Of a stretch of 64,000 nt of DNA, positions 12,887 to 27,639 are shown piece by piece. The DNA lies in assembly GCF_009914755.1 (NCBI RefSeq), contig NC_060928.1; one strand, given 5' to 3'. Origin of the DNA: the human T2T-CHM13v2.0 reference genome, Homo sapiens. Under the pieces are notes generated by a model. It saw only the letters and a program-made list of their open reading frames with translations, did not search any database and was not told the DNA's origin. Numbering within the stretch: the stretch's first letter is position 1; each line of letters starts with the position of its first letter. The position numbers and the translations under genes were made by a program.

Positions 12887-13186
12887 GGCTGGGCGCAGTG
12901 GCTCACGCCTGTAATTCCAGCACTTCGGGAGGCCAAGGCGGGCAAATAGCTGGAGTCGAGGATTTTGAGACAAGCCTGGACAACCTGGCAAAACACCATC
13001 TCTATAAAAAATACAAAAAATTAGCCAGACGTGGTGGTACACTCCTGTAGTCCCAGTTTCTTGGGAGGCTAAGGTTGGAGTATCACCTGAGCCTAGGAAG
13101 TCAAGACTGCAGTAAGCCTTAATTGTGCCACTGCACTCCAGCCTGGGCAACTGAAGTAAGAACCTGTCTCAAAAAAAAAAAAAAAA
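12887..13186 (+). mobile_element. Alu (AluJ-like)
   Basis: GGCTGGGCGCAGTGGCTCACGCC start; J-type right arm (GAGCCTAGGAAGTCAAGACTGCAGT); A16 tail. Confidence 0.95.
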
Positions 13187-16100
13187 TCCATTGTGACAAT
13201 AGACATTAGCCTTATGATTAAGTCCTCCAAATAACAGAGGTCCATTATGGGTGAGAGAGGCTGTCCCACTGTTAGACAATTTTAACTGGTAGAAATCTTC
13301 TTTCTCATATTATCTAGCTTCTTTACACATCAAGAGAAGGTACATACACACAAAGAGAGAGAGTGAGAGAGCTATACACAAACGATATAGCAGATTTCTC
13401 TCACAATGTTTAGACATACAGAAATACGCTTTCGACGTGATAGAGGACGGAAGGAGAGGTGGAGGAGGAGGGGGTGAAAAGATCTAAAAGTAAAATATTT
13501 ATATGAAGAGTAGTTTGCTTCTAATCACGCTGTATTTTAGTTGGACTAGAAAGTTCTAGGAATATATGGCAAACAATATGCCAGAAATCTCATGCTCATT
13601 TACATCCCCAAGTTATTATTAAATTAAGATATTTTTTATCACCACCCCAGCACTTCACCCCTGACATCCTAAAGGCTTAAAATCTGAAAATTTTACTGAT
13701 CTTCAAAACCCAATCAAAGTTTGCACCATTAGGGCTTTATGGGAACAAGTCTGTAACTAGTGATGTTTTGCATAGTCCTCTGATATACAGGACATAACTC
13801 ATGGTTAATGTCATCATGTGGTTATCTATATAATATTGTCACCATATGCCATCAAGAGATGAGATTGCCATTTTCTTTCCATGTACTAAAAGAATACCAG
13901 ACAACTTGGCTAAATACATATGGACCTCCACCAAAAAATCAGAACAGCTAAGACAACTTGAGAGAAAGGGCAGGGCTCAATGAGAAACCTCAGAATTACC
14001 AGTTGACTAGTATTCCTTATTTATTATATATGCTCCAGCTATTCCAATAATTCCAAACACACATAAATTACATATATATAAAAATATATATATATTTAAT
14101 TGAATAAACTTGATTGTATAATTTTGGCTTAGTTTTTAGATACATCATGAGTTGGTACACTTACTTCTTCAGTTTATAAATTTTTAAAATATGTAAAATA
14201 GGTGTAATGTGCCCAGTAATGAGATAGCTTGGAAAATCTACTAGTAAAAATAATTATTCTTCATTAACTCCCTTTATAAATTATATTAGATTATGCTTGA
14301 AGACCTTTTCAGTGCTACGTGCTAGGATGAAATGATATATAATTGAGAAAATAATAAAAGACATCAAAACAATAGCTCCAGGTCTTAAAATATGAGATAT
14401 TTCAAAGCATACTAAGTGATTGCCCATCTCTCCTTAATTACTAAGTTCAATTCCCGAGAAGTGAGAAAGCAGAGGCGTAATATTGATGATCACCTATTGT
14501 GTTCTTTCTGGCTAGTCTGAAGCTCTGCATTTTTATTAAATTTCCACAATAACTAAAATAGTTAATCTTGCCCAAAGCCAATCCAGCTGTTTCAAAGCAG
14601 GAAGGAGCCTAATGCAGAGTTGCACAGCCACAACTTGGGGGCATCCTACCCTTCACTGATGCCTCCCAGAGCCTGCTCCTAATGAAGAGCCCCTGCCTCC
14701 ACTCTCCTCATCCCATTCCAGCACTGATCTGGGGTATTCGGTCTTGCCTCAGCTATGACTGCCTCAATACATTCGCCTCTCAAGGTGGCATCAGGGGAAG
14801 GAGAATACCAGTGCTGAAAAGTGATACTCTGTCTACTGATGTCTGCTCAGACTCTGAGGAGTAATCAGGGTCCAAATCATATAAAGGTAAATGAGAGAAA
14901 TACAATTTCAAAATTAAAAGATTCATACCTACTCCAATCACAAAATATTGCTCTTCTATTTCTGTTCTATTTCTATATAATTTCACCTAACCAAAATTAC
15001 TTAAAAAGTATATTGATATTAAAGATAACATGTTTTAAGAGAAAATTAAACTTCCTATTTAACTTTTAATAGAAAATAGAAAACTTTCACAAACTGTACT
15101 CTCCCCAAGTAGAAAAGTACGAATCTCAACGCTGAGCAAGAGTATAAGACTTTCCTTGGGCACTCATGGATGATTTTATCTGCTACGTCTTTGTGTTTTA
15201 TACTTCTCTTCATTTTTTATGCGCCAATCCCAATTTTTACTCCAGTACCCTGTTGTAATTAATAATCCTTTATATTCAACTTCCCAGTTCAAATTACTGT
15301 GTGGTTTCTATCTCCTGATTGGGACATGACTGATACACACAGTGAACTGAATTTGATAAACAGTGAATCGTATATAGATACAGATATACTACTGGGAGAT
15401 TTCTCAGATGGTCTCAAGTATGTTAATACATGTCACAAATTTAATAGAAGAATATGTTGTCTACAGAGTTTCGCAAACTTGTATACAGATACACACACAC
15501 ATATACGCACCATGGCACAAGATTAGTGCTCTGTGGAGCATATATTGGGACACAGATGTTCGAAACTATAGTATAGCAAAATTCCACCTGGTAGAATTTT
15601 TAAGACAATGCATGTCCATGGGAAATAGCAGTATAATTTTTGCAAGTCAATAATTTTCTCTTTTGATAAGAGAAGCTGTGGAATGATGTTTTTGAATATG
15701 TTCATGTCCTTAAGTACCCGAGCGAGAAAACACTTGCTCATGAATATCCGTATGTTGCTACTGCAGGAAGAGTGGAGATTCTTGTGGGGAGTGGGGAGGA
15801 TAACTTCCCCAAGGGATATAGCAGTATCTTAAAATGGGGACATAAAAAAATTCTCCCATTTTAGAGATTCTATTTCATATTCCCTACTTAATAATTCCTT
15901 ATTCAGAAAGTTTAGCCATTCCCATCAATGCATATGACATCCATGGAAAGTTGGAAACATAATCAGATTTTTGACTCTTTGCAGCTTGAGACAGTATCAT
16001 TCAGGAAAAGACCTTGCAGAGGTCTCTGCTTTCAGAAATATATGACTTAAGTAATAAGTGTCAGACACTATCAGAGACTGGGGCTGTGACATGCTGCAGG

Positions 16101-17054
16101 ACAGGGCGCTGGTAGGAGCTATTATTACCTTTTATGTACATTCTCCAAAATGTTGTTAAGAAAATGTAATTACCATGGGGAGGCTCATTTATCTAAATTA
16201 TTCTGGGCTACCAAAGAAACTTGACATGTAAACAATTTAGATAAGGAGTTTAATAATCTAGCAATACCAAGTGTCTGCAATCTGTCACTTGGTGCACTCT
16301 TATTCTTCGGTGGAACAGTCTGTTGTCCTTGAAGTGCTATTTCAGTGGAATGTACATTAGGAAGACAAACGTGACTCAGTATCAAGATAGTGAGTTTTAA
16401 TAAAGCTAAAAAATGTACAAAACAGATTTTCAGCTACTAATATCAAAGTAGAACTCAGTGGAATTCAGATAATTGGCATTCTTCAATCCAGGGAACTCAC
16501 TGAAATGGAAAATATATAAGATCTACAGGAAACTTCAGAAAATAATTTTGAATTATATTGGTATTTGAGTTAGAAGTAAAAAGTAAAACAATCAATGCAA
16601 ACTCTTTAATAATTTGAGTCACTATGTTTTGACCAATACTGTGCTGTGTGAAAGAAATACAAATAAAGCACAAGATACAATTGCTATCTTTAAACACTTG
16701 ACTCAATTGGTAGACAAAAATTTTTTAAAGTGGTTATAAATATAAATAGATTATTTACATAAGGAAATGTATGATAAAATTTCAAAAATACAACAGAATT
16801 TTCAAAAGCTACAATCCAGGTCTTGAATGTACATTTAACTCGAGATATTTTCTATAGAAATTGGCATTCACCCAGAGGAGCAAAGCCAGGCTCTAAGATT
16901 TTTTTTTAACAGCTGAGTATTTGCAGTAGGTGAGATTCACATAAGACCAATTGCCTGGAGTGGCTCTTTCTTTATGAAATAGAATGACTTCGCTCCTATA
17001 AATAAAGATTAGTGTAAAGAGAGACCAATAAGTTTCTTATTTCATGAAAAAATG

Positions 17055-17278
17055 TTTTCACTCATTCATTGCCTCAACTGATATTTGCTGAATTTCTTCT
17101 GTGTTCCAAGTACCATGTTAAGTCCTGAGAAATTCAACAGTGAGATAACATCCTTTTCCTTGAGGAGCTCATTGTCCAGCAGGCAAGCAGATGACTATAG
17201 AATAATTGAAATAAAATTTGATAAGAGCCATAATGGGGCAAGTACCAAGTGTGGGAGTGCAGAGAAAAAGAAGACACT
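17055..17278 (-). mobile_element. L2 fragment (interrupted by MER63)
   Basis: TCATTCATT…TATTTGCTGAATTTC…TGTGTTCCAAGTACCATGTTAAG antisense L2 3' end; L2-like sequence resumes after 17727. Confidence 0.6.
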
Positions 17279-17727
17279 CATGGTATGCTAGAGCCGGCTT
17301 CTAATTGGCTTGTGAGAGCCAATTGCTAAATTTTCAGAAATTTTGTTAAGCTACTCACTGAACATAGCAATTATTAAAAATTAAATTGGATGAAGTTATA
17401 ATTCAATAAATTAAATTTAAAACAAAGATTACAAATACTTAAAACTTCATTGCATCCTAATTATTTTACTATGGCATAATAGTATCTGTACATTTTACCT
17501 TATTCAGTTCTATTGCATCTATATGATGGAAATGCCAAATAATGGAGTGCTGCTGTGCACCTGTTACCAACTCCGTGTTCAATGACACCACATTGGCAGC
17601 CTAAAATTTGCCTTAGTGGGAGGATTTGCACTCAGGAGTTCAGCGAAGCCTCCAAAATAAAGATTTGTTTTTGTTTTTGTTTTTGTTTTCTACGAGAGTC
17701 TGTTGTTAAACACATAGCATGCCACTG
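17279..17727. mobile_element. MER63 (MER63B-like) hAT non-autonomous DNA transposon
   Basis: Starts CATGGTATGCTAGAGCCGGCT, ends GTTGTTAAACAC…GCATGCCACTG; internal AT-rich core matches the recalled consensus. Confidence 0.85.
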
Positions 17728-17959
17728 AGAACATGGAACCTAGGTCCCTATCTACTCTTGGTCAGAGAAGACTTCCTGGAAGAAGAGGAAGCAAAGATAA
17801 GCAAAATCTGTCACGCGAAGAATGGGGACTAGCCTGCATAAACAAAAATCCAAACTAGAAACACCTTTGAAGTTATCCTAACCTCTACTCTTACGTCTTC
17901 CAAATGTGACCATTTGCTATCATATCATATCTCTAATGAGAGCTCTTCACCTATTTTCT

Positions 17960-18322
17960 AGTTTTCACTTTCAGAGCCTTTATGGGACTGCATTTTTCAG
18001 TCCCCTGGAAGCCATGCATGGCCATGTGACTTGGTTTTGCAAAGAGAATGCAAGAAGAAAGGAAATCAGTCATTTCAAGGTTAAAGCTGTTAGAGACGGC
18101 GTGTGACTTAGTGTGCTCATTTAACCTTAATGTGGTGACTGTGGAAGCTGTCAGCCTGAGTCCCTGAATGCCTTTAATGAGCAGTCTCTCAACTCCTATT
18201 TGGATTGGTTATTATATTGAGTAAGAAATAAACTTAGATTGGTCATGTATACTGAGTGAAAGGAAACCACTGAGATTTTGGGGGTTACTCATCACTCCAG
18301 CATGGCCCAGCCCATCTCAATT
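17960..18322 (+). mobile_element. MLT1 (I/J-like) LTR fragment
   Basis: GGCCATGTGACTTGGTTTTG, AGCCTGAGTCCCTGAATG, AGTAAGAAATAAACTT and CCACTGAGATTTTGGGGGTT motifs. Confidence 0.7.
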
Positions 18323-18329
18323 CACCTCC

Positions 18330-18910
18330 CTATTAATTTCTCACTAGAACCACTATACTAGCCACCTCCCTTCCTATGGCTAGTCTCAGCATCCTTCCAT
18401 CTGTCCTCTGTACTGTAGAGAGATAGGTCCCTGTAATACTCTTCTACTTAAACATCTTTAAAATATCCTCGTGACACACAGAATAAATCTATACAATTTA
18501 GAACAGTATATTCAACAAGTATTTCATGATCTTTTCCTCAGATATTTGTGTCCCAACCACACTGAACTAGTCACTTTCTCAAACAGTTTTCCTGGCAACA
18601 GAATGCCCACATTTTGAGGCTTTATGCTATCATCCCATTCCTCGTTTTGACAAACTCAAATTCAGACATCAAATACCAATTATTATGTCACTTCATAAGT
18701 GAAGACTCAAGTCACATCAGTTACCTCTTCCCTTATCTGTATTTTTACGAGCACTTTGCTCACACTTCCATGACAGCAAGAATCCTATGACATTATAAAT
18801 AATTTTATATATTTCTTATTTAGATTTAACTTTCTGGAATCTATTTTTGTATCCCAGGGATTTGACACACAGTGTTCATTAAAAGCTTGCGCTCAATGTA
18901 TATGAGTGAC
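18330..18910 (+). mobile_element. Old L2 fragment
   Basis: Diffuse similarity to the L2 3' region, ending in …GACACACAGTG…CTCAATGTATATGAGTGA. Confidence 0.45.
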
Positions 18911-19029
18911 TAATCTTTGATTTACTAAATATGGTCAGCTAGAACAGAATTTTCCTTTTGGTTTTCTTGACTTTGATTTTAATTAAGATTGTATCTTAGA
19001 CTCCTGCTAGAGCTCTAGAAGAAAGTTCT

Positions 19030-19086
19030 GAGAATGATGTTGTGCACATGTACCCTAGAACTTAAAGTATAATAATAATAAAAAAA
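19030..19086 (+). mobile_element. Extremely 5'-truncated L1PA (L1PA4-like) insertion with 13-bp TSD
   Basis: TGTTGTGCACATGTACCCTAGAACTTAAAGTATAATAATAAT plus A tail; TSD AGAAGAAAGTTCT (19017-19029) and AGAAGTAAGTTCT (19087-19099). Confidence 0.9.
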
Positions 19087-19858
19087 AGAAGTAAGTTCTA
19101 ATCATTTCCTCCAATCCTTTCACTTGAGGGACAGAAACCAAGACTTACAGATGTTGGGTGACCTGGTGCCTATTTAGTGACCAAGTCAGAAATAACGCCT
19201 AAGGTCTTCTCACCCTCGGGTGTAGTCATTTACCTACCTTCAGTGTGATGTACTAAAATGTTATCCTTATGTGCACCAATCAAAATTTAATGTTCTCATC
19301 ATTCACATCAAACCGTGCCTGAGAAATATAGTCACTGTTTTTCTAGTATTTCTCAATTTATTTCCATAGGCTATGTTCACACATATATTGCTCTTACCTC
19401 TCAAATACTCTTTCTGGGTTTTTTTTTAATGGCCCAAAATATGTCATGAAGTGGACATTCAATGAAAAGGCAAAAATATTAAGGTAAATTTCAGAATTTC
19501 TGAAATGGAGGAGACTAGAAAAATCATCCAGTGCAAACTTTCTCTTTGACAAATTTTTAAAAATGAGATACTAAAATATAACATCATTTATTAACGGCTA
19601 CACAGCTGTCATGTGGTCAAAACAAGAATGCATTCATATTTCTCAACTCCCAGGCCAGGAGCCCTCTTCCAGCAGAATGCAGGATTCTCTTTTGCCAGTA
19701 ACCATGGCCACTATTGCCTTACAGCTTAGGTCCCTGGTTCTGTGGCTGAAATTAAATAATACAAGTGAAATCCTTTTTATTTAAATACAAATGTTTAAAA
19801 ATAAAGGAAAATACTCTGCGGAACCTAAAACCTAAGTTAATAAAAGGCTTAAAAGTCA

Positions 19859-20262
<404 letters not shown>

Positions 20263-22126
20263 TTATTCCTCTTTATATAATCTACTTGTAGGATTTCAAA
20301 AGAAAATCCCACAGTAAAATGTTCATTCAAATAAAACATGTGAGACAAGGAAATGCAAGCTGTTTAAATTAAATGAAATGACCTGATCATCCATTCAAGG
20401 CAACTGGAAGAGGGATTAGAGTAAAGTTCTATATTTAGTTACATGTTCGAAGTAAATGGGAAATTGCTGACTTAATAACTTAAGCCTAAACAAAAATGAA
20501 TCTCAGTCTTCTAAAAAGAGTCCCTGAAACAAAACCTTTAATTCCTAGAAAGCATCACAGTATGAATTTCAGAACGTTGCTCAGGGCTTGTGTTACATAA
20601 ATGTTTGATAAATTAAGAATGTATTTTATGCTTACATGTGTCCTGCTTTTCACAGTGTCTCTGGTCAAATTAATGTAAGCTTTTAAAATGCTGCCTTTAA
20701 TTCTCATGTATCTAATTCCATCCATTCTTTATGGCCAGTTAAATGCAGTATACTTGTCATAACACCTCCAAATATCAAGGTCTATGCATTTGTCTGGCCA
20801 TTTCCCCTGTCTTCCCCACTTTCTTCTCAATTTCCAGCAGCATGTATCACCTAGGTTTCTTATTTGAGTTATTATTCTGTAGACAACGGCATAAGATATA
20901 TAGACATACATGATGATCTATCATTAAACAAAAAGGGAAGAAGAGTTTGGAGAATAGAAATTGTGGTTATTGAATGACATTATTATAAGACACAAATATC
21001 TTGATTCGGCTTTCATTAAAATCATAGTGAAATCACAGGCATGTATTTCAGTTGGAAGCAATTAAGGAGTGAAAGACCGTTGACCCAATTATCTTAGACA
21101 ATACAGAGTGCTGGATTGGCCACTACATTTTGCTGAGAAAAGGAAGGAAAGGTAAAAATGCATACATAGACTTATTGTAAAATTAGGTTAAACCTGCTCA
21201 TCATAAAAGATTGAATCTCCGAATTTGTTTTCTAAACTGAGGAAAGAGCTTTCCTGTAATATTTTAATAGTTATCTTCCAAAAACTGTTGATGTATTACC
21301 CTAAGACCATACAACTGTGTTATAGGAATATGCACTAACATTTGCTCTAAATGTAGTTAAATATATGTTTTAATAAGAATAAAGTATATAATTGCATTTT
21401 TAAATAAAATATAAACCCTAAAAGCTATCTTCAGGATTTGAAAATTGAATCTATGTTTCAAAAAGGATACTTTTTAAAGCTTACAGCTCTCAGATGGTTC
21501 TATCTCTTTTTTTCTTAAAACAATTTAGGCATGATATTGACAAAAATCTTGAGAAAATGACGTTTTTCAAAGAAGTATCATGAAAACTTATATTGAAAAT
21601 TTTCTTACTAAAGATACATGACAGTTTCTAATTCTTTCAAATGAATTTCTATATCATAAAATAACCATTTACTTTCAAGAAATAAATGAATTACATATGC
21701 TCAGAAAACTCCCAATGCTACCCACACCACTATGATATAAGGAGAAAGTTATGCTTGTTAAAATAAGTTATGTCCAAAAATATTTGTCAGGTTGTCTTGA
21801 ATAGCTCCTTTGAAGTACATCCTTTATGTCACCGCCAATTTTCTGTTTCTCTCATTAAAATATAACTACTATTATGCAAAAGAAGAAAACAATGAATAAA
21901 TAAAAATGCTCAAACAAAAGTATCCAATGGTTGGTTCACAGGAAAAGCAAAATATGGTATCTACAAGGAAGCAGAAATTTCTGATTTAATTTGCCTTCAC
22001 ATTCAGTCAACCATTAAAGCAATTGGTTTTAATCTCTGTATATGGGCTTAGTCCAAAAGGGTTTCAAAATGTGGATGATGCTGCATATACTTGAGTAACT
22101 ACAGCCAAGCAACTTTTCAAATACTC

Positions 22127-22300
22127 AAGAATATATGTATACACATGAATATATGTATACAAAAGAATATATGTATACACATGAATACCTACATAAGAAA
22201 ATATATGTATATATGTATTGACACATGCATATATACATAGACATGCACAAACATACACATATACAGTTATGGTTTTCAATACTTAAATATTTATATATGC
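22127..22300. repeat. Degenerate (TA/CA)-rich simple repeat
   Basis: Repeated GAATATATGTATACA units followed by ATAC-type repeats. Confidence 0.8.
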
Positions 22301-22639
22301 ACAGTAAACAAGTATAAAAATGATTGTATTCTATAGAAGAAACACTTGAAGTCCTGAAACTAAAGTATTTTCAAAGACCTACCCTTTCTCCCTTCATTCA
22401 TTCTTTCTTTTCTCCCTTCCTTCCCTCTTTTCATTCCTTTCTTCCCTGTCATCCTCCCTCCATTTTTCTATCAATTTATTCCTTCTTTCCATAAATAATT
22501 ATTAATCATATCACATGTGCCAGGAACTGATATATATAGAATATTCAGTGGTAAGCAATCAGAGAAGGAGCCCCCCTTCATAGAGCTTTAATTGTGCTGG
22601 GTGTAAATCCATTGAAAAAAATGAAAATCATAGCATTTC

Positions 22640-22840
22640 AAATCTGACAGACTTACATTCAAATCATAATAACATCACTTATTTCACTTATTTGGGAAAT
22701 AACTTTGCTAAGTTTCCATTTGTTCAAAAGGAAAGTGGCAATAATTTTAATTCCACCATTTATCTTGAGAATTAAATAAAATCATGAATGAAAAAATCTG
22801 ATGGAGAATCTGGGACTTAGCAGGTGTTCAATAAATGCTA
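22640..22840 (+). mobile_element. MIR
   Basis: GACAGACTTACATTCAAATC…TTGAGAATTAAATAA…TAGCAGGTGTTCAATAAATGCTA. Confidence 0.6.
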
Positions 22841-23803
22841 CATAGCTACTCTACCCATATACATTTAACATTAAATTGCAGTTAAATCTTAGTTTCAATG
22901 TCACAGGTTCACAGATGGTCAAGAAAAGAAAATATGCTCAGGGTATTACATTGCCCTAAAGCAAACATTTTACTCAGAAAATGTGCTGAATAAACACTGG
23001 TTGAAAATATGTTGGTGTTACCAAAAAGAGGGAGAGAAAAAAAAATTCAGAGGCAATGACACAGGGACTTGGAGAGACAGTGTGGAAAAATAAGCCCATG
23101 GTGGGCTTATTTTAATAAATACAGCAGATTAAAAGGTGACTGGTTCCTCCTTTCTTGTTCATATAAGAGGCACCATTTTGTAATGCTGGCTTATAGCATT
23201 TCCAAACCCAATTTTATTTTTTCCATTTTTATGAAGGAGGTGTTTTCATTTACTGGGAAAAGAGCTAGGGCAAGTAGGCCTCCAGCCATGGCAGGTAATA
23301 TTCTAGGTTTCTATGAAATAAGTTGGTGCATGAAAAGATAGATAAACTCGAGAAGGAAGTAGGTCTGCAGGGAACTCAAATAGCACCGTGGAAACAACTA
23401 ACAGAATGGACGTTCTCACCAGGAAATGATCTGACCTCTATGAGGACACTGCATATTCCAGAAATCCAAGGCATGTCCTGCTCCATCTTTTATCTGCTTC
23501 TATTCCCCAAGGAAGCTTTTATCTCTGGGATGGGCTGGATGATTCTAAATGAGATTTGAAAACAATGAACTCCAGTGGAACCCAGCATCATCTATACTTT
23601 AAGCCTCACCACTACTTGCTATAAAATTCCAGAAACTGGCTGAATCCAGTAGTCCTAGTTTTAAAAAGGCAATTTTATGAAAACAATAAAGCAAAGACAG
23701 AAGCGTATTTATAGTGAGAGGGAGAGCACTTTTGAAACACTGGGATTTAAAGTGTAAAATCAACTCCTAACTGTTGATATCAATGTAACTGAAAAATACA
23801 CTA

Positions 23804-24120
<317 letters not shown>

Positions 24121-25140
24121 TACTAGAAAAAATGTTTCTTCTCCATAAATAAAAAACTCAAGTACCAAATTGAAACAGCATTATTGTACCTAATGAAAAG
24201 GGTACTGAATAAAAGTCAGATTTCTGTACAGAGCTATGCGAAAATGACACTTCCAATGTTTTTGTTGTCCAACCATGCATTACATAGAGAGAGGGTCCCC
24301 AAAACTAATAGGATCCCTTACTGAGAAAGTCTCCTTTGCAGATGGATGTGTTAAATAGTCTGGGCTTATTGTCCCTAAGTATTAAAATAAGCAATTATTT
24401 CCAATCAGACAGGTTCTATATTTTCCAAGCAACCTTCCTGATTGCGATTTAGCTCCCTACATGGATTTTCCATTGTGATTAAAGGAGACCTCTGATTCAC
24501 TTTACAATCATATTTCTCATTGCAAAGTAGAAAGCTGGCATTTTACTTCACGTTCCTCAGTCTTTTATGAGTTTTCTAAGTATGAATCAGCATTTCAAGT
24601 TCCAATTACTTGTGACAATGAAAAGATGGAGTTACTAAAACATGTGAGATTTAGGGCCAACCAGATGTACTGGTAAATTTGGTCAAGTTAATGGTATGTA
24701 TATGCAAATCATTCCTCAAAGCATGGCAGACATAGAGAAATACAACAAGACTTAGTCTCACTTCTCAAGGAGTTTCCAAACCAGATGAGGAGGTAAGTTA
24801 TATGTACATGGGAAAATAGAAAAAGACATGAAGGCAGTTTGAGGCCCAGCAGAATAGGGAGATTTATAAGATACATAAATATATTAAGAGCATACACATA
24901 CACCTACAATGAAAAGATTAGAAGGATATCTCGGGGTAGTGGGATAGATATGCCTTTATTGCATTTATATTTTCTATAATACACACGCATTTGCTTTTAT
25001 AATAAAAACACTTAAAATGTTATCTGTAGAGTGTAATAGGCTACCATAGGCTGGAGCAGAAATATCTACATTCGGATTTACCGTGGATCTGTAGAGATAT
25101 AATCAGTGGTCACCAAGATTAAGTTACCATCAAAAATACT

Positions 25141-25641
25141 TCTATTAGTTTCCTATTGCTACTGTAATGAATTATCACAAACTTGGTGGGTTGGTTTAAA
25201 ACAGCCTAAACTTATTTTCTCACAGGTCTGGAGTTCAGAAGTACAAAATCGGTCTAATTGGGATAAAATCAAGGTGTTGGCAGGGTTGCATTCCTTCTGG
25301 AGGGTTCGGAGAAAATCTGACTTCTTGCTTTTCCCAGCCTCTAGAGGCCACCCACATTCCTTGGCTCATGGCCCCTGTTCATCCTCAAAACCAGCAATGT
25401 CTGGTATAGTCTTCATCACACTATGTCACTGGGACATTGACACTTTTGTCTCTTTTTTTTTTTTTAACTTATAGAGAATCTTGTGATTACATCAGGCTCA
25501 CCCAGGAAGTATGGAGAAATGATCAAGGATCCATAACTTAATTACATCTTCAAAATCTTTTACCATGTACAGTAATATATTCATAGGATCCAGGAATTAG
25601 GACATGGGCATTTTTGTAAGTAGATTATTTTAAATACCAAA
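25141..25641 (-). mobile_element. MLT1D-like MaLR LTR
   Basis: TATTAGTTTCCTATTGCT…ATCAAGGTGTTGGCAGGG…CATTCCTTGGCTCATGGCCCC…ATTAGGACATGG. Confidence 0.85.
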
Positions 25642-26229
25642 ATAATATTTAAGAAATAAACACATTCCTTGACACAATTCCTTTTTTTTGTAGGGGGAGG
25701 GGGGAGATGCATACTTTCTCTTTTTCTCCATATATCACTTTTAAAAATATTATAATTCAACTTGAGTGGTCTAAGAAAATCAGCAATATCAAATTTGTAA
25801 CTCACCACCAAGATAACAAGAGAGAAGATGCAAAGGTTATTTTCTGCAAATTACACAGCTTTCTTCTTAGTTATAGGAGCATCCTAGATGAGAAATTATG
25901 CTCTTCATCCATAGTTAATGGAATTTTGAAAATGGGAGGAGGCATTGCCATGGGACTTGATGTTATAAAGTAATGCTTTGCCTGATTACTCCAGAGGCTA
26001 GATCTGCTAAAGCTACAGCAGAAGTAAATCCACGGAACAGAAAATCTAGATTATAACCTTCCTGACAATCAAATATTGGAGAAGAATTCTACCAAGCTCA
26101 ACTGCTATTTAATGAGCTACTACTGCAATGTCAAATGATGTAAGGTTAAGGACTGGCTTTTCTAATAAACATTTTGCAGACCTATTAATATTGAAGTTGT
26201 TGTTATCTCCTCATAAATCTAACCATGAC

Positions 26230-26825
26230 CACAATCTATACAGTGAGGACTTGGTCTTTGCTCATGATTCACCCTCTGCCTACAACCCCTTGGTGAATAT
26301 TTGCACAACTTCCAAAACTTAGCAAAGTCACCCTCTTGCCCTTCCAGTGAAGTCCTTTGTCTCTGTATTACTCACTCTCATCTCAAATAACATTGACCCC
26401 TGCCTCCCTGGAATTCCACTGGACATACTTACAACTTTTGTGACCTTTGTCTTTGCATGGTCTACATCCCCACATTAATATCCAGAGGTGAGAATTGGTT
26501 TGACTTATTTCAACCATTTTAAAGATAACCATAAGGCCAGGAAAAAGTTTACAGTCTGATAGAGCTATCCCACTTGCTCAAATATTTAAATGCTTCAATG
26601 AACACCTGCTTCCCTGAGCTTTCTCCTGGGACTCTCAACCCAGCAACTAAAGTGGTGATGCCTGGGCCATCCAGGAGCCTCTGGGACCCTGCTATAGAAC
26701 CACAGCCAAGGTCACTTCTAATTGGTCAGTGTCCAGGCTCCACAAACTTGACTGCATTCCCAAACTGCAGGACAGTAACTGGCTTATAATGGGCACTCAG
26801 TAAATATCTGTTGAATGAATGCATC
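26230..26825 (+). mobile_element. L2 fragments
   Basis: Ends with GGCACTCAGTAAATATCTGTTGAATGAATG (L2 3' terminus). Confidence 0.5.
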
Positions 26826-27639
26826 TTATCAACATACCTTGTAAGTCAATATATTTTGCTACAAAAAAACTAAAAACAAAACACGTTCCTCACAATTTCA
26901 CAGAAGGTCATTCAAATCTTTATTTAAAGTAGTTTGCAAACTATATTTTCTACTATTTTGCACCGACCTACCGTGGTTCAACTTGGGAGACATTCCAGAA
27001 TGGCTAGATAATTTTATCTCACAAGTGAAAACAGTTTTATGTTTTAAAAAGAACACTACCAGCAAAGAAACAAAAAACAGTGCCTTGCAGAGATGGCATT
27101 TTTGATTGACCCAACAGCAAAACTAAATTAAATAAGCATAGAGCTATGGAAAAGACAGACATGTCTAAATAGGTTCTAGAAAGATCTCCCAAGAAATAAA
27201 GTAGAAATCTTTGATAAAAAGTTCCACAAAGGAAGACTTTAAGCATTTTAAGCAGAAGAATCACAAGTGAAAACAAGAAAAAACAGAGGAAAATGTTGCT
27301 TTCATCTTGCAAGACAAGTGTCCTTCACTTGAAATAAGATTACCGTAGAATTTCAAAGACGTTTAGCAGATTTCAGAAAGTAGTAGCTACTCTTTATCTT
27401 TAGGTTCTTTGCCTTAATAACTGTGATATTTATGAAATAGAAGATTTGTTTTAAGTGAGGTTATTGTTCCATTTAGACAATGAACATTTTCAAAAGAATG
27501 TAATAGCCATAGAAAATATCTTACATGAGACAGTTCAGGGCATAAAAATCTTAAATTAAAGAAAGCTTTACTCTGTAAATTTAAAATTCACCTACTTTTG
27601 TGAGTCTGTACTCTCAAACTTGGAAAATAGTTATATTAT

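Noticed and set aside
15523-15870. Open frames on both strands with exon-like boundaries
   Set aside because: No recognisable protein similarity, and the minus-strand donor (CAG|gtggaa) is weak.
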